In this document: positions 31,101 through 43,100 of the stretch, piece after piece
Position numbering within the stretch: position 1 is the stretch's first letter
How the letters are laid out: every line of letters begins with the position of its first letter
Assembly (NCBI RefSeq): GCF_964204645.1
Contig: NC_134029.1
Location: 24,809,479-24,873,478, forward strand
DNA from: Tubulanus polymorphus
Lineage: Eukaryota > Animalia > Nemertea
Length of the DNA: 64,000 bases
Reading direction: 5' to 3'
Notes under the pieces: generated by a model
Databases searched by the model: none
What the model was told of the DNA's origin: nothing
Seen by the model: the letters and a program-made list of their open reading frames with translations, nothing else
Position numbers and translations under genes: made by a program

Positions 31101-34100
31101 AATACCGGAGGAGTGTCGGGGACCTCTGTGGGATTCTAACCCACTCGCCATGCAGGTCGACACCGATGGGGCTGCACTACAGCCATTGAGGGGTTCGAAC
31201 CCTCCACCTTGTGAATTGCCAAAACCGTCCAGCCAGGATGGGGAATCGAACCTACATCTGTCTTTTGGGTTGTCAATTTAAAAAAAAAAAAAATGTTATT
31301 TTAGATTAGTATTCGTTTAAAGATATACAATGTCGACTGGAGGGGAGACGACGTACGGTGCGGGTGGCTCACGGGAACGATCCGCTGTAAGCAACGACAC
31401 TGTTCTGCAGGCCCTCTCTGGCCTTCGCGAACAGGTGGACACAGCCACGGCGTTCATGAATTTCTCTTTGCTCCCTAAATTTACGGGACGAGACGACCAG
31501 TGCGTCACTGATTGGTTCAAAGGATTTGACCGTTTGGCCGACCTAAGGGGTTGGAACGATGACGCTAAAAAGAAACAGTTGTATTGGTTTTTGGCTGGCC
31601 CGGCCCTAATCTTATTTAATGATCTTCGAATTGATCAGGGAACCGATGCGACCGGTGGCAAAGTTGTCACTCCCTGGGAAAATATTGTCCGTGCGTTTTG
31701 CGCGCAATTTAGCCCCACCTCGTGGGCTTTGGTCAAGGAGTCGGCTTTGACGACGATGCGACAGGGGGAGACACAACCGGTCGATAGGTTTGCGGAAGAG
31801 ATTGATCGTGTGGCCTCGAGTTTGAAATTTTCGGACCACCAGAAAAAGATGTTACTAATTAATAACTCCCGCCCTGATATTTCTGTCTATTTGTTGTCAC
31901 AGCGTCCTACGACGTTTAGGGATGCATGGGAGGCAGCCAGAATGGCGGAGCATATCGAACAACGTAAAGCTCTGTCGTCTCCCAAGGTATCGCAAATTGG
32001 GACCGAACCAAATAAAGCGATGGGTGACGTTATGGCTGAATTACGGGACATGTTCCGCCAAATTATGGACATCCAGAAGTCTACCCGTACTCAGCAGAAT
32101 GATAGAGCCACATTTTATAGCGAAAGCCGCCCGTTACAAAGGTCACAGGATGGCCAGGTGGTGTGCTTTCAATGTCACGCCCCTGGTCATTACGCCAGGA
32201 ATTGCCCGACGTGGCGTTACGACCAACAAAGGTCACCAAACCGGGACGCATTTCAGCGTGATAATCGCCGTCCCCAAAATGCTAGTAGGGGTCACTTTCG
32301 GTCACAGAATCTTGGGCATGATTCCCAACGGGTTAATCGAACATTTGGTCAGGGAAACGACCGGAGACCTCATCCTATGGACCGATAAGGGTGGGGTCGC
32401 GCAATGAATGGTCAACTGAGCCCTCGCCGGACTCGTTAATAAGGAGTGATTATTGGTGGGATGACACATATTCGGGTTATCATAGTTATGATGATGACAG
32501 TCCGGTAATTGATGATTATATTTTTGATGATGATGATGATGATGATGATTATTATTATTTAGAGGACGATAGGGATGATATATTTGACATGTCATTTGAT
32601 CAGGGCGACATGCTAGCTGATTCAGTTGACGATTATTTTGAACCTGAGGGGAACTGTAATGCAGATTACTTAGATGACACTGAACCTTTACATTTAGATA
32701 AGTTTATTGATTATCACACTCCTTCATGGGGTGCCGATGACGTTTATGACATTCAAGATCGTAACTTTGGGGATAGCTGGAGGGACAATTCTCAGTTGTC
32801 GTTAGATGGAAATTTTTATATGGATCAGGGATCCAATTTTGAGGACATCTGGAGGGACAATTCCCAGTTGTCGGCTACTTACGAGCATATAAAAAGACAC
32901 AGGAGGGTTACGTTTAGCGATCCGGTTAAATTGCAGGAGGTACGTGCTGATATGGCGTGCTCGGGTGACAATATTAGTATTGATAGGTCACACCCTAGAG
33001 GGGTTAATGGTCCGACGGATTCGGCAGAAGATGACCTTTTTAGAGATAGGAAGTCTCATTTAGATTGTCACGAAGGCGCTTTTGATCAGTATAGGTACCC
33101 AGCAACCTCCGAATCAGCAATACAATGTGATCTTGTGTCATCAGATTCAAGTAGTAGTAATAATTCACGATCGGAATGTCTTAATGATCAGAGTAATATG
33201 GAAACTATTTTGTCAAAGATATCTAGTCAGGAGTCAATGTCGGAGAATTTGTGTCACTCGTTTGAAAGAGGACAGCACTTTCCTGTCACCTCAAATGCCA
33301 GCAGTTTTCACCATCCAGTTGGGGATGGAATGTCCCATGAACAGGACAGAGGTCAAGTTGTCCTCACGTCTAAACCGAATATGCCAATCAACGAAAAGGT
33401 TGGGATAGGAGATTCGAACTCCGATTGTCAACCAACTGTTCACTGTCAGGAACAATTTCCACCTGTTACGATGACTTTAGGTAACACGTCAACCAACGAC
33501 ATAGGGTCCTTTTCCAGTCAGAACAACACTATTGGACAGGAGGCTTATTCCCCGTCAATCATGGCAACTGCCGCCAACCGAGTGACTGGTAGTCATTCAG
33601 GGACACCGTTAAACATTTTGATTGATACGGGTGCCGATATTTCTGTTGTGTCAAACAATTACTTCATCAATCATCCTCAGATATCGAATGGCCCTTTGCA
33701 GGAGGGACAATTTCAGTCCGCCCGTGGGGTAGATGGTACTAAGTTTTATTTAAAAGGTGTTATTTCCGTAGATTTTGTATTAGGAAATTTGGACGTGTCA
33801 CATTCTATGTACGTGGTGGATGGAGTCACCTCGGACTTCATTCTCGGAGTTGATTTCCTGGAACGAAACCAGGCAGTTATCGATTATGCTAAAAAGGCTC
33901 TCTTGTTGCCAGGCGCCGACATAATTTACTTTAGTAATGATGTCATCTTGGGGAAATCTTCGTCGGTTAAAGTCACGCGTATGACTGTTATTCCCCCTTC
34001 ATGCGATGTCACCGTAGACCGTAAGTGGTTAATTGACAAGTCTCAGTCATCGATTGCAGCCTTTGAGCCTGCACATGATTTGAGAATGCGTGATCTCATG

Positions 34101-37100
34101 AGCGCAAGGTCAGTTGTTAGCGTCATGCCATCAAGGCATAGGCTTCGAGTCACGAACCCTACGTCACGACACGTCACCCTCTTTGAAGATACGTGTCGTA
34201 GTGATTCGTGGACAGATGGGTGGTCACTTGACCGATCACTCAAAACAGAGGCGAAGTCAGGACAGCTTCCTCGGCCACCGGAGGTGTCTATCACACATGT
34301 GGAAGACCCTCAGACGTCAGACGAAATTTGTACCCTTATCGGATGTGTGAAGATGGGACCGTCGAGATATGACAGCACTTTGATGGAAGAATGCCTTCTT
34401 CTGTCAGCCGCAATAGATGTCGACGGGTACCCCCCTGATAGTGACCATATGGAGATGGGGACTTGTTGGGAGGTATCCTGAGACTCTATTCGACGCAATT
34501 GATGGTATGAAAAACCAGCAACTGGTATGCTCTGGCCGAGATGGGTGATATTAATTCACCGATTCGTCAAATAACGAAGAAACGGAGCGAATATACGACA
34601 TACAACAGCGAACTTTGGGCGTTGGTTTTAACGGGATGGAATCATGCTCGATGATTCGTCATGCGATTCTGGCCATTGTTAGTGGTGTTTGTCACTCTCG
34701 AAGACTTGTTATATACTCACGAACTTAAGTGATGAAGGGTGGACAAAGACACCTGGCCAATGCGATACGAAATATGAAGGGAAGTGATAATTTCCGTAGA
34801 CATCTTAGCGGAGTAAAGCCGAGTGTGTTCAAGATGGCTCCCGTGTAGTTACATTAACATTCGATGGAATGTTGTTCGCTCAAGCCGTAAGATGCGAATA
34901 CATTACTTTTTCCGTTTCTATATTAACTGTGGAGAAAAGACTCCGATATAGTAACCGTAGTACTATAGCGTCTATGAATAGCGAGCAAGTATCAGCTGAA
35001 CATGAATGCGTTTTGCCGTACTATCAACGTAGCAGTACGCGCTTCGAGGAACTGCGGTGGATGACGTCATTCGTCCGTCCATGACGTACCTTGTTGTGTC
35101 TGGTAGCTATTGCGTCACTTCGCGGTAAATTCTAAACTCAAACTGTGAACTGTTTTGTGCTTAACTTTCGAGTGTTTAGTGTGCGGGGACAGCGGTCTCG
35201 AATGAACTTTTTTCCGATTGGGTATCCGGAACTTTAAATGCGGTTTTATGATATACTATATCATGAACTTTAATATGCGTTGTAGTGTCAAACTCGTTAC
35301 TCGTTATAATGAATTGTTTACTAATGTTCTTTTTCAGGATTTGTTCTAGAGGTATCAGCGGGATATTCACGAGTTGGTTTAAATTCAAAATTTCGGGACG
35401 AAATTTAAACTGGATAGGGAGTGATGATCCGCAGCAAGATTCCGTAGTAACTAAAAAATGTTTGTAATGATGGTTTTGTTTGCGTTGGTGGTTTCTTTAT
35501 GGGTATCAGACAGCAAACGATGTGTGCAAGTTGTTGTTTGATGCTTTGATCTACCAGCGCTGACAATAAATCAGCCAGGGGTAAAAATAATTCTTCCTCG
35601 GTTCTTGTGCGTCGATATCTGGCAAACATTCAGAATTATTTTTAAAAACTTAAGGATAGACGGAACTGTAATTGGTTGGGTCGGAACGATGAGGTGCTTT
35701 GATAGTGTGGTTTGTGCAGGGATCTCGCTGTTACTTCTTGATACTCCCGACTACTTTCTATAAAAGGAAGAACCGGAAGTATAGGAAGACATGGTTGTTT
35801 TGCTTTATCCTGTAGTATTATAGAGTTGGTAAAATTATAAATGAAAATTGGTATAATAAGTATAGAATGATTTTAGATTTGATAATTAATTACATTGTAT
35901 TTCTGAATCAAAAGTTTACTATTGTTGATTGGAAAAAGAAACGATGAGTTTGTTCCATAATCTAGGTGAAAACTAAGTTTTGAAAATATATCTAAATTAA
36001 GTATCCTGGATGTTAATTAAGGACAAGACCTTTATAATCGCTTAAGTTTTATGGAAGTTTAATTGTGGCAAATATCAATACTAGCTCTCTAAGGTTTCTG
36101 TTGGTGTACATGTCTGTTGGTAACTCGTAGAGAATAGCTGCTCTCTCAACGATGATGAGTAGGGAGTGAGTAAATCAAAGCGCGTTATGACAGGAGGGTT
36201 GGAAAGAAAAGTTACTTTGGCAAATCAGTTTCTCAAATAATTTTAGATTAGCAAATCATTAAGGCTAATTCTACATGTCCAAAACCGTCATGACAGCTAG
36301 GTTGCTGCTCCTTGCCAAAAGTCGAACGGGAGAGTCGGCATTCTAGGAATGCCGATTTTTTTCCATAAAAGAGGCCCGCAGTCTTGAGAAAGCAGACTTA
36401 CCAGGGACGCTCGTTATAGATACTTGAGGTTTGGGTGGAAATACCAGAGTTAAGACGGGTTACCATCAGTAGTGTACGATAGGAATTTGGAGTTAGGAAT
36501 TGGACTGTGTACTATCTGGAGTTATTACTATCATCAAGGTAAATAAAATCTATATTATTATTATTATATTCAATCAGAATTTCGGCATTTTAATTTGATT
36601 ATTTGGGTTTGTGCACGGACACGTTCTCTCGCCAGGGACCGATCTTTACGTTTTTATATTCAACGATTAAGGAGAGGATTGTGACCGGTGTATCAGTTCA
36701 CTGTCCCAGCGCTGATTTACCGTCCAGTACTCAGCAATCAATCATCTATCGATACTTTTAAACGAAATCTCAAAACTTATCTTTTTAGGAAAACTTTTAC
36801 CTCGAATACGACACCGAATTATCAGATATAATTTCTAGAATAAGATGATATGATATTGAATAATACTAAAATACACCTTAAGTTTTCAGAAGGAGACGCA
36901 TTTTAAAACAATCTGTAGGTTTTAAAGGGTTTTACGTCATTATTCCTTAACCAGCGCTGTTAAATGTCAGCATAATGATCTACAGGCGTTTAGATAAATA
37001 GTAAATGTTGTACCCGAGGGTGTGTGGAAAATTCGCGTGATTATTCTTTCAACAGTTTCAGTAAATATGAAAAAGTTCATATTTCTGTAAAAAATTGAAT

Positions 37101-40100
37101 ACATGCGTGAAATGACATAATCACTCTATATTTAAATATGACACCCAATAGAATATCTATAATTGTATACGCGAATAACTGATGGATCTTGAAGAGTTGA
37201 AGAGACCCCTTTCACTCCCTCCCAACTCCCACCTCCCTCCTCCCACCTCCAACCTCCCTCCTCCCACCTCCCTACTCCCACCTCCCACCTCTTGCTGTTA
37301 CTAACTATGTGCATTCAGTGATAGCTTTGATGTTGTGGAAGTTCTGTAATAATTTCACTTTGAATTGAATATTTGATTTCAATATCTGCCCCCGGATACG
37401 ATGCACCCGCTTAGTGATAGAACTCTTCCAAAACTCAATACTTACTTCGCTTCTAGAACTAAGGCAAATATTCCAGCCGCTAGGGGCGCTGATGCGGATG
37501 TTCCAGAATGCTGTGTTGTACATGTGTTATGCAGATCGACGCTAGCCTAAAGAAAATCAATTTGTATTTTACGAAAAAAAGTGAAATACGATTTTCATTT
37601 AAAATTTCTATCACTTACAATTTTCATGTCGGTATAGGCGCCACTAGAGTAAGTTGTAGCCATGGTTGAAGCGCATTTCTCAGCATACCACGGTGATTTC
37701 AATGACATAGAAGCGCTACTGATAGACAGGGTATAAATACTAGCCGTATAACCGTCACAGTCGCAGTTATCTCCCGATCCACCGCCATTACCAGACGCCC
37801 ACACATAAATAACACCTTTACCTTTCCGACCCTGTAAGTAAAAATATCATTTCTATCATCAGTGAATACAATACACACTCATAATATTCTCATTGTCAAA
37901 GACTTTCATGATTCAGCAAAATTATGATTAGTTAAAAATAATGACCCTTCCAGGTATGAAGACTTACCTCTTTGATGCCTTTATCAAAAGCTTGTCTGGC
38001 CAGTTTACCCGGACCTTCTACTGTTTTACCGTCGTCATTCGGTCCCCAACTCGAACTATATATATCTACAACATCTAACGCATGCGCAATAGCTTTCGCT
38101 TCTAGACTATCTGTTACTCTGCCGTCTAGCATTCTAACACCTGAAGAAGAAAATATTTTACTAGTTACACATGTCGAGGTGAGTTAGTTGTGACTGATCC
38201 GAGGGGCGAGGGTTACCTCCGATTTTCACATTGTAAGCCACTCCTACTCCACATTTTTGATTATTCTCAACCATCGCTACCTCCCCAGCACAACGCGTAC
38301 CATGTCTACAATAGTGAATTATATTCATTACAATCTTAAGTCTAAATAAAAGTGTTACATATCCCCAAAAAATGAAATTGAGCGTCAGTCTGGACGTGGA
38401 AACGACAACGTATCTGTTTTACATCACACTGTAGGGGTATGATTCATATATAACATGCCCGTGGGCCCTAGAGCCTGGGGGAGGGGCGGTGTAGGGGGAG
38501 GGGCGGTGTAGGGGGGTGGGGGCGGAGTGACGTAGGTTAGATTTCATTGGAAACAACAACGTATCTGTTGTATATCACACTGTAGGGTAGGATTCATATA
38601 TAACTTGCCCCTGGGCCCTAGAGCCTGGGGGAGGGGCGGTGTTAAGGGGGAGGGGCGGTGTAGGGGGGGGGGGGTGTAGGGGGGGGGTGACGTAGGTTAG
38701 ATTTCATTGGAAACAACAACGTATCTGTTGTATATCACACTGTAGGGTAGGATTCATATATAACATGCCCGTGGGCCCTAGAGCCTGGGGGAGGGGCGGT
38801 GTTAAGGGGGAGGGGCGGTGTAGGGGGGGGGGGGTGACGTAGGTTAGATTTCATTGGAAACAACAACGTATCTGTTGTATATCACACTGTAGGGTAGGAT
38901 TCATATATAACTTGCCCCTGGGCCCTAGAGCCTGGGGGAGGGGCGGTGTTAAGGGGGAGGGGCGGTGTAGGGGGGGTGACGTAGGTTAGATTTCATTGGA
39001 AACAACAACGTACCTGTTGTATATCACACTGTAGGGTAGGATTCATATATAACATGCCCCTGGGCCCTAGAGCCTGGGGGAGGGGCGATGTGAGGGGAGG
39101 GGCGGTGTAGGGGGAGGGGCGGTGTAGAGGGGAGGGGCGGTGTAAGGGGGAGGGGCGGTGTAAGGGGGGGTGACGTAGGTTAGATTTCATTGGAAACAAC
39201 AACGTACCTGTTGTATATCACACTGTAGGGTAGGATTCATATATAACATGCCCCTGGGCCCTAGAGCCTGGGGGAGGGGCGGTGTTAAGGGGGAGGGGCG
39301 GTGTAGGGGGGTGACGTAGGTTAGATTTCATTGGAAACAACAACGTACCTGTTGTATATCACACTGTAGGGTAGGATTCATATATAACATGCCCCTGGGC
39401 CCTAGAGCCTGGGGGAGGGGCGATGTGAGAGGAGGGGCGGTGTAGGGGGAGGGGCGGTGTAGAGGGGAGGGGCGGTGTAAGGGGGAGGGGCGGTGTAAGG
39501 GGGGGTGTTTGAAGTGGAACAGGTATTCGGTTTTTGAAGTCGATTAATAAGTATGATTTGTAGAAAATTACTACGTTAAAGTTTAATCACTTATTACCTA
39601 TTTAAACTGCTTTAACGACGTTAATTAAACTAATTAATTAATTAAATAAACTAATTAATCAATTAAATAAACCAATTAATTAATTAGACTAACGAATAAT
39701 AATAATAAATGTATTAAAATAATAACTGATTTGGTTTAAGATCAGTGCGGTGAGACATAACGCAGCTCCGCCGCGACACGTTTCTATAGAAGACGAATTT
39801 ATTCGTAACATAGGTGGCGTAGGTGTTGGGGGTCGGGGGCTATTTTGACCCCCCTTGATCTTACCGATAATGTTTTTTGGTACCCTCGCCCCTAAACCAT
39901 CAAACAAAATTGCCCGATAACCTATCCAAACTGAATCGACCGCCCTGGGCCCGAATTTCTGTGGGATATATCAGTTACCCAACGCCCCCTAGAAAATCAA
40001 TTTTTTGGACGCAGCCAATCGTCTGGTAATTTTCCATCGATTTGAAAGCGAGGCTGACTGGGTGCAGTGAAGATGTCGCAATAGGAGAATTACGAGGATT

Positions 40101-43100
40101 CAGCTGGGCGTTATCGGGCGTCATCGAGCGCCATCTCGCGTCATCCGTTATCAGAATTAACTCGGAAAGGACCCAGTTCTATTGTGGATCTAACATTTCA
40201 TGTTTTTGGAAAGTTTTAACGAGGATTTTTCGTTTATTGACGGAGTAAAAAATTGCGGTTTTTGGAACTTTTATCAACGAACAGACTCGGAACACTCGGA
40301 ATTACAATGACTCTATCGGGACTAAATTGACTCTCTCAGGACCAAATTGACTCTCTCAGGACTCAACTGACTCTCGCGGGACTCAATTGACTCTTCAAAA
40401 TGACTTTAAAATCTCTGAAATCACGTCGGAAATCGAGGAAAAGTTGCAGTTCTGTGAGTTAAATAATTATTAATGGCTGAAATTATGTTTTATAGGTTTA
40501 GAGTTTATTGGAGGTAGGTTACAAAATGAACTACAGAATATATTATAGCTTATTAGAGGATTGGGAACCGCCTGAGGGTCCCGGCTCAGGGTCTCGGGGA
40601 GTCTCTGCCAACTACAGACAGCAAGCTGGAAGATTAATACCCTGTATTTCATGCATCTGTTTTCAGGGTTTCTCTATTTCAGGTTTCTCTATTTATATAT
40701 TTCAGACATTTCCGATTTCTAATATTTTATAGAAATTCGTCTATGATGTAAATTATGCTTTGAAAATAAATCAAAGATTTCAGGGTCATCGTTGTGACAA
40801 GACCCCAGAAAACAAGGCCACAGAGTACGTGTCTTCACCCCCAGCACACAACAGAGTGGCCCGATTCAGGTGCGACCTGTATGTTGTATTTCAGTGTGAA
40901 GAACAAGACCCCCTAGTCACAGAAGATTGAACCTGAAGTTGAATGATGATGACAGAGTGACTGAAGAATTCCGGTTTGACCTGTATAACATGTCTCTATT
41001 TCAGTATCCCCCTCCCTAACCCCTAAACCCGAGCCCGAATAGGTAGGCCGAATATAGGTTAGGTTAGAATAGTTAGTTGATAAATCTGTGAATTAGAACA
41101 TAATTTCAGCTGTTGATTTAAAATACAGTTGTAATTTCAAGTGGAACTTTTTAACACTAAAAGTTGCATTTATTTACAATTGTACTTGATTGAAAATGTT
41201 TGACAGTTTGTGAGTTAAGTGTGATTTGATTAAGATGAAGAGTTGAACTGTTGAACTCTACTTCTTATAAAATACAAATGACATTTACTTACAACTGGAT
41301 ACACAAGGGCCGGGTATATACATAGATTGGGCTAGAAACCCGACATCAAATTGGTAACTGATATAGTTACTGGGTTATTTCGTATTACATTGATATTAGG
41401 TTTTATGGAATCTGGTTTAAATGTTCGGCTCCAATAGAGAATCAAGGAATCTTGTATCTTCACATTCATCCCAGCCTTTTTTCGTGTTTATCGAGATATG
41501 AGGTTAGTTAGTCTGATGCTGGTCCATCCCTGTAGCGTCCTGTGGCTAAACGCAATCAGAATCAAAAGATAAACGCCGAAGCACAATGACACTTGTCATT
41601 AGCTGATTCATGCGTCAAATCTTGTGAGGTTTCAATTCTTGCACCAAATGCAATACAGAACATTGTAGTTCTAGATTATTTCTCCAGACTTGCGGTATAG
41701 TCGGTGAGGCTAGACCTCAACCTGTATAACTTCGATCAACTTAAGTAACTTCGATAGCAATTCGACGCAATTCGCATTTTTTGATGTCACATTTTCGCGC
41801 TATTTGCTGAATAGATATCGAACTGCCCTAAACCAAAGTCATGGCATCATTGGAATTAGATACACTTATGATAGATTGATATATGAATAGGAATGGATTA
41901 AAACCCGTTAATCTATATCCGATAATCTGATAATCTATCTCTGATACGCCGCGCCGTTTTGTTACGAGATTTCAAGCGAAATGTTGAATATTTCATGCGC
42001 GCCGTTTTTGAACCGCTGACGCGTTCTCGATGCTGATTAGTCGCTTTCATGCAGGTGGTAGTTATCACTGATAATTTTTATTGTGCAGGTATCTGTTTCA
42101 CTTGATGGCGGTGTCTCCTTCAATTACAGGGGATTAATCAGTCTATCACTGTTCACTTAAACCAGAGAGGTGGGAGTACTAGTTAAACAGAGGTTGAACC
42201 AGTATCGTCACCCCGGCACAGACTCCAAACAGACTCCATACGGACGACTCCAAACGGAAGACTCCAATCAGTGAGAGATTATAGTGTAAGTGTCCCCCAT
42301 ATTGAAACCACCCCGGCACAATTACAAGTATATAACATAGAACAAACAAAACTGAATTCAACATTCGAATATCAACTCATGTCACAACGTCTCATGTCTC
42401 ACGACTTATGTCTCATGTCTCAACGTCTCACGTCTCATGCATCACGTCTCATGTCTCACGTCTTATTTTACACGTCTTATGTTTCACGTCGTATGTCTCA
42501 TGTTGTAAGCTGACTTACTTATTCTCGTTTGTCGGATCATATCTTGGAAATGGATCGTCGTCTTTACCGTTCAAATCAGTGCTTGCATTCTTAAACTGAA
42601 AAATAAAGAAGTTTATGAATAAAAAATTTCAAGTTCTTATTTTTTTAAGAATGAACTGTATTTGTTAGAAACTGTGTTTGATAGAACTTACGTAATTCGG
42701 AAAAATATCCGTGTGGTTCCATTCCAGTCCTGCAAATTGTAGACAAAAAGACTATGATTTATTAGAGGAAACAAAAGTTAAATCTATTTTGTAATATTTC
42801 CATTAGGGAGATTTTCCTTATTATTCGGGAGTTCGAACCGTTTTCCTGTATATCTGTAGAGGGGATGGGAATATTAGGTCAGATTATATCGGGTATCGGG
42901 TATCGGGTTGCGTTCGGATCTCGGGGGATTGTGTAGAATAATAGATCGTCAATAGATATATTTATGATGGAAAGAAAATAAAAAAAAAACGATATTTTCT
43001 GTAACATTTGTGTTAAGAAACGGCATGCGAAAGGTTCTCAGTGAACCATCACCGTGCGTATAACAGTGTTCTGATCCACCGAGCTGTGAAAGGTTCTCGG

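Larger units (their letters stand above)
29353..36695 (+). mobile_element. Ty3/Gypsy-type LTR retrotransposon, non-autonomous (gag-pro only), antisense within a PC1/3 intron
   Basis: Two 1271-bp LTRs with TGAT...ATCA ends. TSD GTTC at 29349-29352 and 36696-36699. tRNA-Phe PBS, purine-rich tract ggatagggagtga before the 3' LTR, gag with CCHC, and aspartic protease. Confidence 0.96.

Noticed and set aside
30892-31255. CRISPR array or tRNA gene cluster
   Set aside because: Eukaryotic context, no cas genes, and the spacers are partly homologous to one another. Units of 48-63 nt lack D, anticodon and acceptor arms. Kept as a T-arm/B-box array instead.
30779-31281. Upstream ORF with PLWDSNP peptide repeats
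   Set aside because: Non-ATG start, and broken by a frameshift and a stop. The peptide is simply the translation of the hairpin motif. It is not fully excluded because most spacings are multiples of 3.
34482-35424. Possible decayed integrase or env remnant
   Set aside because: Only short ORFs, and no convincing HHCC, DDE, GPY/F or transmembrane motif by eye. An HMM search is needed.
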